From the human T2T-CHM13v2.0 reference genome, Homo sapiens: DNA of 64,000 bases. The position numbers and the translations under genes are program-made. A model generated the notes under the pieces. The model worked only from the letters and a program-made list of their open reading frames with translations, made no database searches and was not told the DNA's origin. Of this stretch, positions 36,900-50,422 are shown one piece after another; the first letter of the stretch is position 1, and each line of letters opens with the position of its first letter. Location: NCBI RefSeq assembly GCF_009914755.1, contig NC_060940.1, one strand, 5' to 3'.

Positions 36900-38250
36900 G
36901 CGTTTTTCTGGTGCTTGTACTTTGGGTCTGTCGAGTGCGAGTGACAGAAACACAACTCATAGAACACAATAGAGAATTTCTTGGCTTGTGATACTGAAAG
37001 GTCCATGGAATGATGGACTTAAGGCAAAGCTAAATCCAGGTTCTCAGACAGGGCCGGCAGGTATCTGCCTGTCTTCATCTCCTGGCTCTGCTTTTCTGCA
37101 CATCAGCTCCAAACTCAAGAGACCCTCCTGCAGGGAGGCCTGGAGGAGACCCTCTTGAAGGGAGGCCAGGCAGAGACCCATCTGAAGGGAGGCCAGGAGG
37201 AGACCCTCCTGAAGGGAGGCTGGGAGGAGACCCTTATGAAGGGAGGCCGGGCGGAGACCCTCCTGAAGGGAGGCCGGGAGGAGACCCTCATGAAGGGAGG
37301 CCAGGCGGAGACCCGTCTGAAGGGAGGCCGGGAGGAGACCCTCCTGAAGTGAGGCCAGATGGAGACCCTCCTGAAGGGAGGCCGGGCGGAGACCCATCTG
37401 AAGGGAGGCCTGGAGGAGACCCTCCTGAAGGGAGGCCGGGAGGAGACCCTCCTGAAGGGAGGCCGGGTGGAGACCCGTCTGAAGGGAGGCCGGGAGGAGA
37501 CCCTCCTGAAGGGAGGCCGGGCGGAGACCCTCCTGAAGGGAGGCCAGGAGGAGACCCGTCTGAAGGGAGGCCAGATGGAAACCCTCCTGAAGGGAGGCCG
37601 GGAGGAGACCCTCATAAAGGGAGGCCAGGAGGAGACCCTCGTGAAGGGAGGCCGGGAGGAGACCCTTGAGAAGGGAGGCCAGGCAGAGACCTGTCTGAAG
37701 GGAAGCCTGGAGGAGACCCTCCTGAAGGGAGGCCGGGAGGACACCCTCCTGAAGGGAGGCCGGGTGGAGACCCTCATGAAGGGAGGCCGGGAGGAGACCC
37801 TCATGAAGGGAGGCCGGGAGGAGACCCTCATGAAGGGAGGCCGGGAGGAGACCCGTCTGAAGGGAGGCCAGGAGGAGACCCTCATGAAGGGAGGCCAGGA
37901 GGAGACCCTCCTGAAGGGAGGCCAGGAGGAGACCCTCCTGAAGGGAGGCCGGGAGGAGACCCTCATGAAGACAGGCCGGGAGGAGACCCTCCTGAAGGGA
38001 GGCCAGGCAGAGACCCTGCTGCAGGGAGGCCAGGCAAAGACGCTCCTGCAGGGAGGCTAAGTGGCTCCCAGGGCTGAGGCCTCTGTCTGACCAGCACAGC
38101 AAAAGCACCTCTTCCTATGAGTTCCAGCAAAGGACCCAGGGAAGCCTCTCATTGGCGGACCCGGTGCCCACCCTCAAGCGATCACCATGGCCCTGGGATG
38201 GATGTGGTGCCCTGGCTTGTGAGACTGGGCCATGCACTCACCCTGGGACC
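36900..38250 (-). mobile_element. MLT1 LTR split by the 27-bp VNTR
   Basis: gcgagtgacagaaacacaactca...tggctctgcttttctg on the left; ctctcattggc...atcaccatggcc...ctgggccatg on the right. Confidence 0.6.
37119..38060. repeat. 27-bp minisatellite, 35 copies (gagaccctcctgaagggaggccgggag)
   Basis: First unit at 37119, 34th at 38010 (33x27=891), last at 38037; phase kept throughout. Confidence 0.98.
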
Positions 38251-38529
38251 TGGGACAGGGTCAGTCCCACTCGGGGCTTGTGGCCTGGGAGTGCCTTTCC
38301 TTCATCATCTCCCTCCTGCCATGCAGGTCTGCCTGCCCTCATCCCAGCTAAGAAGACTGCTGAGGAAGGCTGGCTAAAGGAGATCGATGGAGCTGGCAAA
38401 TTTCAGGATTCTCAGGGGGTTAAAGGGCAAGGTCGTGTATCTCAATGTTAGCAGTCTTTGCCCCACCATGTAAATCCAAAGCTGAATATTTATAAGGCAT
38501 ATATGTATGTAGTATGTGTATATATGTGT

Positions 38530-38573
38530 GATGGATGGATGGATGGATGGATATAAATAAGAGATAGATGATT

Positions 38574-38620
<47 letters not shown>

Positions 38621-38670
38621 GTGATAGAGACACATAGATATATACGCGAGGAAAGAGAGAGAGAGAGATT
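38530..38670. repeat. (GGAT)n + (GATA)~11-12 + (GA)n STR cluster
   Basis: Pure gata run at 38574-38620. Confidence 0.95.
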
Positions 38671-39197
38671 CTCCTCTGTAAGATCTCTTCTTATGGTCAT
38701 TCGAATGAAGGTGTCAATGTGGAGAATGTTGGAAATCCCCTCCCTGGACGGCCTCTGACTCCCTGCATCCCAGACACTTTGGAGACTGTGCCTGGGAGTG
38801 AGAGTCGAGGTCAAGAGAGGAACTCAGCTTTTGCTTCATGGCGTGTCATCAAGCCTCTGGTGTCAGGGGCCTGGCTGTCAGGTCCAGGGTCAGAGGTTCT
38901 GCCCTGCCCAGAGCCGGGCACAGGAGATGGTGCAGGTCCTCCTCAGCCCGGCAGGGCCAGGCCTCCATTAGCCTCTGGACAGGGCCAGGTCAGAGAAAGC
39001 AAAACAAAGCCCCAGAAAGTGCTGGAGGAGGTGACCTCTCTACAGCCTGATGGGCCTCCAATCCCTGCTCCCTGCTGTGGTGTCAGAAGTCCTGGTTGCA
39101 ACGTGCAGCTCTTTAGAGTGGCAGGTGGGGCTGTGCTCCCTCCACCACCCTCCTCACTACTGGTCCTGTGTTCAGGCCACACACGCAAGACACCACA

Positions 39198-39665
39198 AGC
39201 CACGGACAAAGGGAAACGTGAACCACAGATGAAGGGCCACGTGAGTCACAGATGAAGGGCCACGTGAGCCACGGGTGAAGGGACACGTGAGCCACGGATG
39301 AAGGAGGACCCGTGAGCCATGGATGAAGGGACATGTGAGCCACAGATGAAGGGACACGTGAGCCACGGGTGAAGGGACATGCGAGACATGGATAAAGGGG
39401 GACCCATGAGCCACGGATGAAGGGGGGCATGTGAGCCATGGACAAGAGGACATGTGAGCCACAGATGAGGGGTGTGTGAGCCACAGAAGAGGGGTGTGTG
39501 AGCCACAGACAAAGGGACATGTGCCACAGATGAAGGGGGCATGTGAGCCATGGATGAAGGGACATATGAGCCACAGATGAAGGGGGGGTGTGAGCCACAG
39601 ATGAGGGGACACGTGAGCCACAAATGAAGGGAACACGTGAGTCCCAGAGGAAGGGACACATGGGC
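39198..39665. repeat. ~23-bp minisatellite, ~20 copies (gtgagccacagatgaagggacac)
   Basis: CACGTG at 39238, 39261 and 39284 shows the 23-bp period; unit length varies further in. Confidence 0.95.
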
Positions 39666-42331
39666 CAGCAGGATGGACTTGGACTTGGATCCTTTGCAGC
39701 AGCCCAGGGCATCCGGGCTGGGATCCGTGACCGAAGGTCAGGGCAGATCTGAGGAAAGTGTTGCTTTCATGGGTCAGAGACAAAGCAGAGGACGACAGTC
39801 ACTTGTCTGCACTCACTGTGACCTGCACTGCCTCATTTCATCCCCACAGCAAACCACCACCCCCCCAGGATCTATTTTTAACCTCATTTAACAGATAAGA
39901 AAACACAGCATAGAGACGTTAACCACTGTCAGCTGCCACGTAACAAGCAGCCCCACTGCTGAGGTTCACACGGCAATGGTCTCCCCTGTTCCGAGAGTAT
40001 GATGTTGGCGCTTCGGCAGGTCTCACCTGGCCACCCAGGGGCTGCATGTGGCTTGCAGTTTGGCAGGCAGCCCACTGGGCCCAAGAGGCTCTGTGTGTTT
40101 GCCTGGCAGTCATCTGAGGCTGGGCCTGGGCCCCTCCCTCCCCTCTGCTCCCTCATGTGATGGCGAAGTCTCCAGACTCACATGACATCTGCCGCATCCC
40201 AATGATCAAAGCAAGTCCGGGGCCAGCCAGGTTCTGGGGACAAGGATACACTCCATGTCTGGATGGGACACAATGCAGAGACTGGGACCACATTCAATTA
40301 CTTGCCCAGAGTCACAGCTACAAGATGACAGTGTTGGAATTTAAACTGGGCCTGTGGGCCCACAGGTTACGCAGGCAGATGCCCGTGGGCCAGGCAGGAG
40401 GGGGCTGCGTGAGAAGCCCGGCTGTGGGTGGCAGGGGCAGACAGAGCCACCTTCATGGGAGGGCCAGGCTGGAGCGGGGACAACCTTGTCACAAAAGCCA
40501 GAAATGAGTATCTGTGGTGCCTCCCAGCTGCTCAAAATCACCTAAAACCAAACATTTTCAATAGCAGAACACGCTTGCTGTGGCCAGGTATGAGCTGAGG
40601 CCCACATATGTGAGCTGCCCCCAGCCTCACTGCTGCAGCCTGAACCAGCTGTGCGCCCCTCTCTGCTGTGGATGGAGCTCCCAGTCCTTCCTTCTCACCC
40701 AACGCCCAATCTCGCAGGAGTGCACAGGAGGCGTGGAGCCTGGGACAGCAGCCAGGACGGCAGCCCCTCTGCCATGTGCTCCTCCGCAGGGCTCTACCCA
40801 GGGCTGGGGCCACCTCAGGAGAAGCAGATCCCTAGAGAGGCAGACACCAGGAGCTCTGGGATCCCACGCAGGTCACTCCACCTCCCTGGGCCTGGACTCC
40901 TCATTGGGAAAATGGAAGCCACCATCGTGCCTGCCTCATAGGGTGAGTGAGGGCCGGCTGAAGCGTGGCAGGGACGTGGGGTGAAGGGAGGCAGTGTCCG
41001 GGCCAGCCGTTCATCAGCAGCAAATGCCATCATGCCATCACTGGGGAGGCGCAGAGCCAATGGCCTTCATGGCAGGTGAGGACGGGCACCCAGCAAGGAG
41101 GCTGGCATCTGGATCAGCAGGCCCGAGTTCGAGCTCCGGTTCTGCCCTAGCTCACACGGGACCCTTTCTGCCCTCCTTGGAGCCTCAGTGTCCTGTGGCC
41201 CCACCTGCTGAAAGCCCAGCAAAATGTGCCCAGGCCTGGCAGCTTGAAGCCCTGCTGCAAAATTGGCCTGCCAGGACAACGGCTCCATTTTCCAGATGGG
41301 GAGACTGAGGCCCTGCCGGCTCACACCTGTCAGAGCTCCTGCTGCTGCTCCCAGGAGCTGGCCAGACCAGGAAGGAGCACAGTCCCAGAGCTGCTGTGGG
41401 TCTTGGAAGCAGTTTGCTCGTCACTGCTTTCCGGAACCTCTAAGCCAGGCGAGCCCAAAGGCCTTCCTGGGGCCAGGGACCCAACTGCTCCACATCAGTC
41501 CCTCCTCTCAGCTGTGAAAACAGAGCAGCAGCAACAGCTGGACCCAGAGCCAGCTCTGTCCCCACAGTCATGGGTCAGCGGGTGGTCGGCAGTGCAAGGC
41601 CCCATTCCAGAGGCTGAGGGCAAGCTGGGATGGCACCCAAGGTCAGCCTGTGGGTCCGCAAACAGTCTATCTCTGGGCAGGTCACCTCACCTCTGGATAA
41701 AATGGGCAGAATCTCTTCAGATCGTGTTCACGGGGTCACCTGGGAGCATCTTCAGTAACCCCAAGACAGTGGCTACCACCACTAGGGACCAAGCAGAGGG
41801 CCAGGGGGCGGCGGGGGCAGGAGATGGAGGGGCCCAGAAACAACCCGCTGAACAACAGGCCAGGGGTTGCTTCTGCAGACCGGAGGGGGATGGAAGGGCA
41901 TCCACTGCAGGAAAAAGAAGAGGCCATTGTCCCCCACCAAGCCTGGCTCCCTCCACCCCAGCCCCTCCCTGACCCTGGCTCATAAGGCCCTTGGACACTC
42001 AGTAGTCTCAAGCAGAAAAGTGCGTTCAGACCCCAGAAGACTGGGTACAGTTTCTCTCTCCCATGGGACCCAGAGACAACCAAGAGTAAATGCAAGAGAG
42101 GGGCAACTTATCTCTTCTCCCAGCATTGGGGTATGCAGAGCAGTAGAAGACAGTGCCACGGGCACCGTGCTGTCCAGCCTAACAATGTCAGGGCCTCTCT
42201 GGTTGAGGCTGGGCAGTGGGGGACAGTACAGCAGTGGCTTACTCCAGGACGCCACAGCACCTTCAGCCCTGCAGTAAGCCGAGGGCTAGAATAGAGTACT
42301 TGCAGGCCCGAGACCCAGATTCTAGTCCTGA

Positions 42332-44190
42332 TGATGGACAGATGGATAGAGGGAAGAATGGATGGATAGGTGGGTGGGCAGATGGATGGATGGATGGATG
42401 CTGGGGTGGGTGGATGGGTGAGTGGATGGATGGATGGTTGGATGGATGGATGGATGGATGGATGGATGAGTGGATGGATGGTGGATGGATGGGTGGATGG
42501 ATGGATGGTGGATAGATGGATACATGGGTGGATGAATAGGTAGATGGATGGATAGATGGGCGAGTGGATGGATGGATGGATGGATGCTGGGGTGGGTGGA
42601 TGGGTGAGTGAATGGATGGATGGATGCATGGGTGGATGGATGGATGCATGGGTGGATGGATGGATACATGGGTGGATGAATAGGTAGATGGATGGATAGA
42701 TGGGTGAGTGGATGGGTGGATGGATGGATGGATGGATACATGGGTGGATGGGTAGATGGATGGGTGAGTGCATGGATGGATGGATATATGGGTAGATGGA
42801 TGGGTGGATGGATGGGTGATTGGATGGATGGATGGGTAGATGGATGGATGCATGGGTGGATGGATAGTGGATGGATGGATGGTAGATGCATGCATGGGTG
42901 GATGGATGGTGGCTGGATGGATACAAGGGTGGATGAATAGGTAGATGGATAGATGGGTGAGTGGGTGAGTGGATGGATGGATGGATGGATGGATGGATGG
43001 ATGGATGGATGGATGCTGGGGTGGGTGGATGGGTGAGTGAATGGATGGATGGATGCATGGGTGGATGGATGGATGCATGGGTGGATGGATGGATACATGG
43101 GTGGATGAATAGGTAGATGGATGGATAGTTGGGTGAGTGGATGGATGGATGGATGGATGGATACATGGGTGGATGGGTAGATGGATGGGTGAGTGCATGG
43201 ATGGATGGATGGATGGATGGATATATGGGTAGATGGATGGGTGGATGGGTGGATGGATGGGTGATTGGATGGATGGATGGGTAGATGGATGGATGCATGG
43301 GTGGATGGATAGTGGATGGATGGATGGTAGATGGATGCATGGGTGGATGGATGGTGGATGGATGGATACAAGGGTGGATGAATAGGTAGATGGATAGATG
43401 GGTGAGTGGGTGAGTGGATGGATGGATGGATGGATGGATGGATGGATGGATGGATGGATACGTGGGTGGATGGGAAGATGCATGGGTGGATGGATAGATA
43501 TGTGGGTGGATGGGTAGATGGATGGGTGAGTGCATGGATGGATGGATGGATGGATAGATGGTAGATGGATGGGTGGGTGGATGGATGGATACATGGGTGG
43601 ATGAATAGGTAGATGGATGGATAGATGGGTGAGTGGATGGGTGGATGGATGGATGGATGGATACATGGGTGGATGGGTAGATGGATGGGTGAGTGCATGG
43701 ATGGATGGATATATGGGTAGATGGATGGGTGGATGGATGGGTGATTGGATGGATGGATGGGTAGATGGATGGATGCATGGGTGGATGGATAGTGGATGGA
43801 TGGATGGTAGATGCATGCATGGGTGGATGGATGGTGGCTGGATGGATACAAGGGTGGATGAATAGGTAGATGGATAGATGGGTGAATGGGTGAGTGGATG
43901 GATGGATGGATGGATGGATGGATGGATGGATGGATGGATGCATAGATATGTGGGTGGATGGGAAGATGGATGGGTGGATGGATAGATATGTGGGTGGATG
44001 GGTAGATGGATGGGTGAGTGCATGGATGGATGGATGGATGGATAGATGGTAGATGGGTGGGTGGATGGATGGATACATGGGTGGATGGGTAGATGGATGG
44101 GTGAATGCATGGATAGATGGATGGAGAGATGGTGGATGGATGGGTGGGCGAATGGATGGATGGAAGGGGGAATGAGTGGGTGGCAGATGC
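42332..44190. repeat. (GGAT/GGGT)n complex array, ~1.85 kb, with internal block duplications
   Basis: Directly visible; identical 82-aa translations at 42692 and 43617. Confidence 0.98.
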
Positions 44191-44199
44191 TGGATGGTG

Positions 44200-44420
44200 A
44201 CTGCAGTCTTCCAGGCACCAGAAGCACAGTGGTGACCCTGTCCTACTCTACCCTCTCCTTCAGGAGTGTCCCATCTAGTGCAGGCAGCAGATTCACCCAG
44301 GTGAACAGGTGGATCAAGAACTGGGCCCCAGTTATGCTAAGGATGCTGAGTGCTGTGGGTAGCACCATGGCTGGACCATGAAGTCATGGGAGTGCAGTGG
44401 GAGGGAGGATGGTGAGGAGA
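44200..44420 (-). mobile_element. L2 fragment
   Basis: ccaggcacc...ccctgtcctactctaccctctccttcaggagtgtcccatctagtg. Confidence 0.45.
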
Positions 44421-46829
44421 CAGTCTGGGGGCACCAGCTTGGGGAGAGGATGCTACCTGGGCCAAGTTGTGTTTGAAGGCCCCTGTGGAGAGGGACAGTG
44501 TGTCCCTGCAGGGGCCTCAGTTTCCCTCTGTGAGTAGAGACTTTCCCAGGATGCTGGTTGCAGCTCAGACCCCTTTGCAGTTGACCTGGGTCTGCCCCCA
44601 CGGTCAGGGCCTCCACCGTCACCTGCTTTCTCAGGGCCCTCTCTCATGCCAGGCCAGCCCTGCCAGGATCTGGGGGCACAGAATGGGGCCCGGCCCCCGC
44701 CTGCCTCTGGACATTATTCCTCCGGTTCCAGGGCCTCTGATGAGCTGGGTTCATCTCCCACTGAACTCCCTTATGCACTTCATCTTACCAGTGTGGAAAC
44801 CGAGACAGGCCAGGCTGGGGCAGCGGTTGGCCCAGGGTCACTCCACCAGCCAGGCTTTCCCTGGGCTCTGCTGACTCTTTCAGCTGAGAACCCCCACGCC
44901 GGGAACAGGAACACCCCATCAAAAGGCCAGCCCGGCCCGGGAAGATGAAGCAGCAAATGGCAACACCCGCCGTGCATACCAGAGTGTGGACGCGTGGGAG
45001 ACATGGTGCATCCAGGCACTTTTAACTTTATGGGGCCCAGAAACTTAAGAAGGAGAGGTGTGGGAGGGATCGGGGAGTCCAGGAGAGAACCTTGGGTGGA
45101 GGCCGAGTGCGGTTGGGAGCTCGGGGCCAGTGGCCGTGCTGGATGCTTCTGTCCGTCCGTTGCCAGGGCTGTGTTCCGCAGGGTGGCCATGCATCCTGGT
45201 TGCCCAGAACAGTCCCTGCTGTCTCACACCTGCTCTGGGTGAGCATTTACCCTGGACTTCTCATTTTTTGTAACATAGTGTTATTAATGGTTATGTTAAA
45301 ATCCTCTGCGTGGGTTTGGTGGCTCTGGGTTCCGTCTCGCACTTGCTGAAGGGGGCAAACACAGGATCTTGTTTGGACAGTGGTGGGATTGGGCAGGTCA
45401 CTGCTCTCCCAGGCACCACAGAGCTCACACCGCCATCTCGGGAGCAGCTGCTGAAACACAGGGCAGAGGGCTCCAGGTCTCGGGGTCTGCAGCCGGGCCT
45501 GTGAGCTGCCATCGAGGCCACCGTCTGCAGAGGCCAGGGAGGGTGGGACCAGGGGTGGGCGAGGGTGGCAGAGCAGCTGCTGGGACAGGGAGCAGGGCCT
45601 CCTGCCCTCGGCCCCCACAGTTTGTACCATTTGTTTCTGTCTTGATCATTGACCCTTTCCATTCTGCAATTGTTACAAACTTATAACTTGAATTGTTTTA
45701 CTCTCAGAAGTAGCCTGGTGCCCACAAAGCATCCTCCATCCTCCCTAGAGGCCAAGCCCTGGGCCTGTCTGGATGCCTCCCGCCCCCACTCAGCTCAGGT
45801 GCCCCCTCCCCTCAGTCCCAGGACACTCCTCAGCCTGGTTCAAAAGCAAATTCGGGGGTTCCTGGTGGGCAAGGAGGGGCAGCGCCCTTCCCACCAGCTC
45901 AGCTCTGTGGCTTCGGGCGGTGCTGCAGGGCCCCCCAGAGGCCTCTCCGCCCTCACACTGACAGTGCAAACACAGCCTCTGTGCCGCCAGGGGGCCCAAA
46001 GCCCCCCGACTGGTCAGCTCCCCTGCAATTCTGGGATCCTTTAGAAAAACAGTGATTGTTGTTTTGCGGGACCCTTGTGTTTATGCTTTTATTGTGGACC
46101 TTTTTAAACATATACAAGAGCAGCGAGAGACATGTCACAGCCCCACACCCCCGGCACCTGGCTGCAATGGGTGCTGGCCCCTGGGCAGCCTGGCTTCATC
46201 TGTCTCTGCCCCCATGCTTATTCTTGCTGTGCTTTTACAAGCGGATTCTAGATACCAGGTCATTTCGCCTGTAAGGACTTCAGCAAGAGCCACAGCCAGG
46301 CCTTGAGAGGCCCGGCAGACTGGCCCTGGGCGGCGCCGGCGGTGCGTGTGCTGTTAGTGATTCACCAGCACGAGTGAGTTGCTCACCTGTGTGATTCAAA
46401 CTGGAGTTGGTTCGAGGTTGTCCACCCACATATCCCTTTGGCCATGTTCTGTTAGGCCTTCGTGGTGGGGAGAGGAAGGGGCAGCTGTCATGGCTGAGCC
46501 ACAGTGGGGATGTCGTCTGTGCCTGGGTGGCAGGGGAAGAACTGGGAGGCCTTGGAAAGGTGGAAGGCTCTAGTGCAGGGTGATTGCCCACGGACGTGCT
46601 GCTATGCAAATGAGTGCATGTGCTGGTGGGGGCAGGCACAGAGGGATGCTGCAGGAAGGAGGCACCGACCACCCAGAGGGGTGAGTGTGAGTGGCATTAT
46701 GAGGAGAAAGGTAGCTAGGGACCACAGGGCTGAGTCAGGCCCTCAGGACAGCCAGTGCAGACGCACAGCAGACCCAGGACAAAATCGGCACCCAACTGGG
46801 TCACCCGTGAATCCCCACCTGGGGTCATG

Positions 46830-47110
46830 TTGGTCAGGACACTTCTCAGCTTCAGGAGGACAGAACGCAACTCCAAACAGACTTAGCAGAAAGGAGACTC
46901 TATTGGCTCACATAACCAGGCTGTGCAGGGGGACTTCAGGCATAGCTGGATCCAGGTATTCAAACATCAGCATGAGGATCCAGTCTAACACGGCGGGGAG
47001 GGGGTCAGCCCTCCCGGAACCACATGAACACAGGGCAGGGGAGGGTAGCTCCACACAGCATGCTTGAGGTGCTGTTGCCAACAATGGGAGATTGGTGGTG
47101 GACAGGCAAG
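46830..47110 (-). mobile_element. MLT1 LTR fragment
   Basis: gacagaacgcaactccaaacagacttagc...tattggctcacataacc...ttcaggcatagctggatccagg. Confidence 0.65.
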
Positions 47111-48607
47111 GAACAGATGTCCACACAGAGGGGACATTTGCAGCCACAGGATGGGCCAGGGCTAGAAAGGAGGATGAGGAGAGCAGAGCAAGAGCATCTG
47201 AGCCCTGAGCCTTGGGGTGTGGCCTCATACAGGACGAGGCTGGCACACGGGTTAGCCCCTGGGCTACCGCTGTGGTTTGGCCACCACTGTTTTTAATATA
47301 TTAGAAGTGCACGAGAATATCCAAGCTTCTGTTGGAAACCAGAGGGGAGTGGCCACATGGGCCCGTGGTGCCTCCCGGCAACAGTCAGGTGGGGCCGACT
47401 GCTGCCACCCCTTGGGATGGGCCATGAGTTTCCCCAGCGTGCCCTGTGGCCCACCTGCCTCCCTGGCGTCCTCCCCCAGCAACTGGGGCATTTGCATCAG
47501 GGCCTTGGGGGCTGGAGAGGACTCCAGTGGGAAGGGCTGGGGAGTGAGTGGACACAGGTCCCCAGGGAAGTGAACACCAATGAGATTTCACCAAACACCC
47601 ATGAGAGCAGAGCAGAGGGTGCAGCTGGGCCCCACGGACCCTGTGGGTGCTCAGAGTACCCCCAGGAAGTGCACGTGGGTGTGCAGGCTCCCGGCACTCC
47701 AAGCCGCCTCGGTGGGGCCACAGCGTCTGTCCCGGTCATAGCCCGCCCTGCCAAGCCCTGCCCAGCCCGCCCCACGGCCCAGGCCAGAAACGCCTCCAGC
47801 CCTGCAGCTCTTGGCCTCAGAAGCGGAAAAGCCTCTGCAGTTAGCAACACAAGACGGTTTCTGCGTCCTCCCGACCCCCGCCCCCAAAACACACACACAC
47901 ACACATCAGAGCGTCTTGGCAGCTGGTGAGCGCTAACGTGGCTGAATTGCTTTTGGGGACTTTGAAGGAAATTAATTAAAACCAGCTGAGATGGGAAAGC
48001 TGGAAGGTGGCGGGAGCCAGGGACAACTTTCCACAGGGCCTGGGAGGGAGCAGCCCGGAGCCGACCACGCCACCACGAGCCACCGTGTCCAGCCAGGCCC
48101 GACGACCTGCCCGGCCTCGCCAAAGGTGGGACTGCCCAGGAAACCGCCCTTCCGTGGGGCCCAGAGCTGAGTACGGGAAATGGGGTGGGAGGGCAGAAAC
48201 GTGGGTGTGTCTCAGGGTGGCCGTGTATGTGTGCACGTGTGTGTTCATCCGTGTACACATGTGTGTGTTCCAGGGCAGCTGTGTGTGTGGAATGTGTCTC
48301 AGGATGGCCCTGTGTATGTGTGCCTCAGTTTACCTGCCTATCCAAGTGCCCTGCAGTGCCCCCCACGCTGGGAAGCCCCCGCTGCCCGCTGTGGCCTTCC
48401 TGTCCTCCTCCCTGCCGTGCGGGCTGCCCATGGCCAGGGTCCAGGTAGCCTGCGCCTGCCGCCTGCAGCTCAGCAGAGGATCTCCAGGTTATCGGAAGGA
48501 CCCGTGCTTTGGTTCTTCTCATTACAAAAGCTGTCCCTGCCCAGGGTGAGGGACTTAGACGCAGAGGGTTCAACAGGGAGAGGAGAGGGGCAGCTGACCC
48601 CACGCGC

Positions 48608-48707
48608 CTGCAGCCCCTGCCTCCGAGGGCCGCAGAGTCCTCTCCCTGTGTGCATGTCTGCGGCCCCTGCCTCCGAGGGCTACAGAGTCCTCTCTGTGTG
48701 TGTGCGC
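48608..48707. repeat. 50-bp direct duplication
   Basis: ctgcrgcccctgcctccgagggcyrcagagtcctctc at 48608 and 48658. Confidence 0.85.
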
Positions 48708-49489
48708 CTGGGCATAGAGGTGGCTTTTCTTTGCCTTTTTTACAAAGATGGGGTTGTGCCTCGAGTACTGTTAGTGTTTTGCTTTCTTGGTTGGGGATGA
48801 CACAGGGTTGGCGCCACAGCTTCCCCCGTCGGCCCCCAGGTCTCCTGATTCCCCCTAGCGGCTGTTCAGCACCCCTCAGGTCACTCAGTGCCTCGTGGGT
48901 CCCCCTCAGTGGACATTTTCTTTCATTTCCTACAATCTTTCTGCCTTAAAAATCAGCATAAACATGTTTTAAGAGACCAGGAGATCGCGCCTGTGATACT
49001 GGGGACAGTGCTTATCTGAGAAGCCTGCCCTGATTGCTGTGACCGCCGCACCTGGGCCTTTGCTCTTTCTCCACCCTCTGCGGCCCCAGGACTGAGGTGT
49101 GTGCCCGGCGCTCTGTGGCCAGCTGTCCCTGAGTGGGCGGCTGCGGCTCAGAGCTCCCAAAGGGGTGAGGTTGGGCTGGGCCCCCCAGGGTGGGAGCTCC
49201 TGCGTCACTGGGAATTGTCTCAGCTGCGTCCACACTTCCAGGGATCCGTCCGGAACCGTCGCCAGCACCTGCGTGCAGCTCTGAGCTGGGAGCCGGCATC
49301 ATGGCAGGGCTCACGGTACCCTCTTCTCAGTGTTACGCGAAGGAAGGAGCAAGCCTGGACAGGGATGGGGCGGACCCTCATCAGCGTCACTCTCTGTATC
49401 TATAGCGTGGCCGATGACGCACTAATTGAGTACCCTGCCTGATCATTTTTAGTGAGAAATCACCAGGTGTCGGACACCGAACGAGGCCG

Positions 49490-49640
49490 TGTGCATCCGA
49501 CGTCTGAGTTCATCTTCATTTCAACCCTGTGTGGCTGTGTCCTTGTCCCCGTTTTGTGCAGGGGAAACTGAGGCATGGGCATAGGAGAGTCATTTGCCCA
49601 GATGGCTGGCATGTGGCAGAGCCTGGGTTCCAGGCCTGGC
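49490..49640 (-). mobile_element. MIR
   Basis: gtccccgttttgtgcaggggaaactgaggc...catttgcccag...gtggcagagcctgggttcc. Confidence 0.7.
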
Positions 49641-50095
49641 ATGCATTTCTAGATGGTTCCTAGCCCCCAAGTCCCACCTGTGGGCCCAGGTTTAAATTAC
49701 TCCCAGGGTGGTGACACCACAGGCCCTGCCAGTGCTCAGACGCTGCCTTCTGTGAGTTGGGGGCATGGGCATCTCCTGTGGAGCCCTGCTGGTGCCCACT
49801 CTGTCTCTGAGTACAGGTTTGTGCAAATTAAGACAGTATCACAGGTAGGACATAGAAACCACATGCACACACCCGGCCATGCCTGCACGTGTGTGCCTGC
49901 TGCATCACGTGAGTGCATGCATCTGACACACGGGCACTCACTCCCCTTGCCCAGGTCATGGAAGAGACAAGCTTACTGTGTGTTGTTCCCTTTTTGCCTT
50001 GCTGGCCAGGAAGCTCAGAGCTTAGACTTCCTGTAAGCTTTTTGGTTTGTGGTTTGTGTCTCAACCTCTTGTCGTATAGGCCTCATTTTCCCTAA

Positions 50096-50422
<327 letters not shown>

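Noticed and set aside
37044-38108. 354-aa, 283-aa and 233-aa repeat proteins
   Set aside because: A 27-bp unit keeps frames open automatically; the array lies inside an LTR relic
42108-44227. 509-656-aa (HPSI)n ORFs
   Set aside because: Reverse translation of (GGAT)n
46345-46375. Small hairpin gtgctg...cagcac as a possible ncRNA
   Set aside because: Stem too short for a pre-miRNA; no tRNA, snRNA or snoRNA hallmarks recognised anywhere in the window
46604-46611. Single octamer ATGCAAAT
   Set aside because: One or two isolated 8-mers are expected by chance in 64 kb
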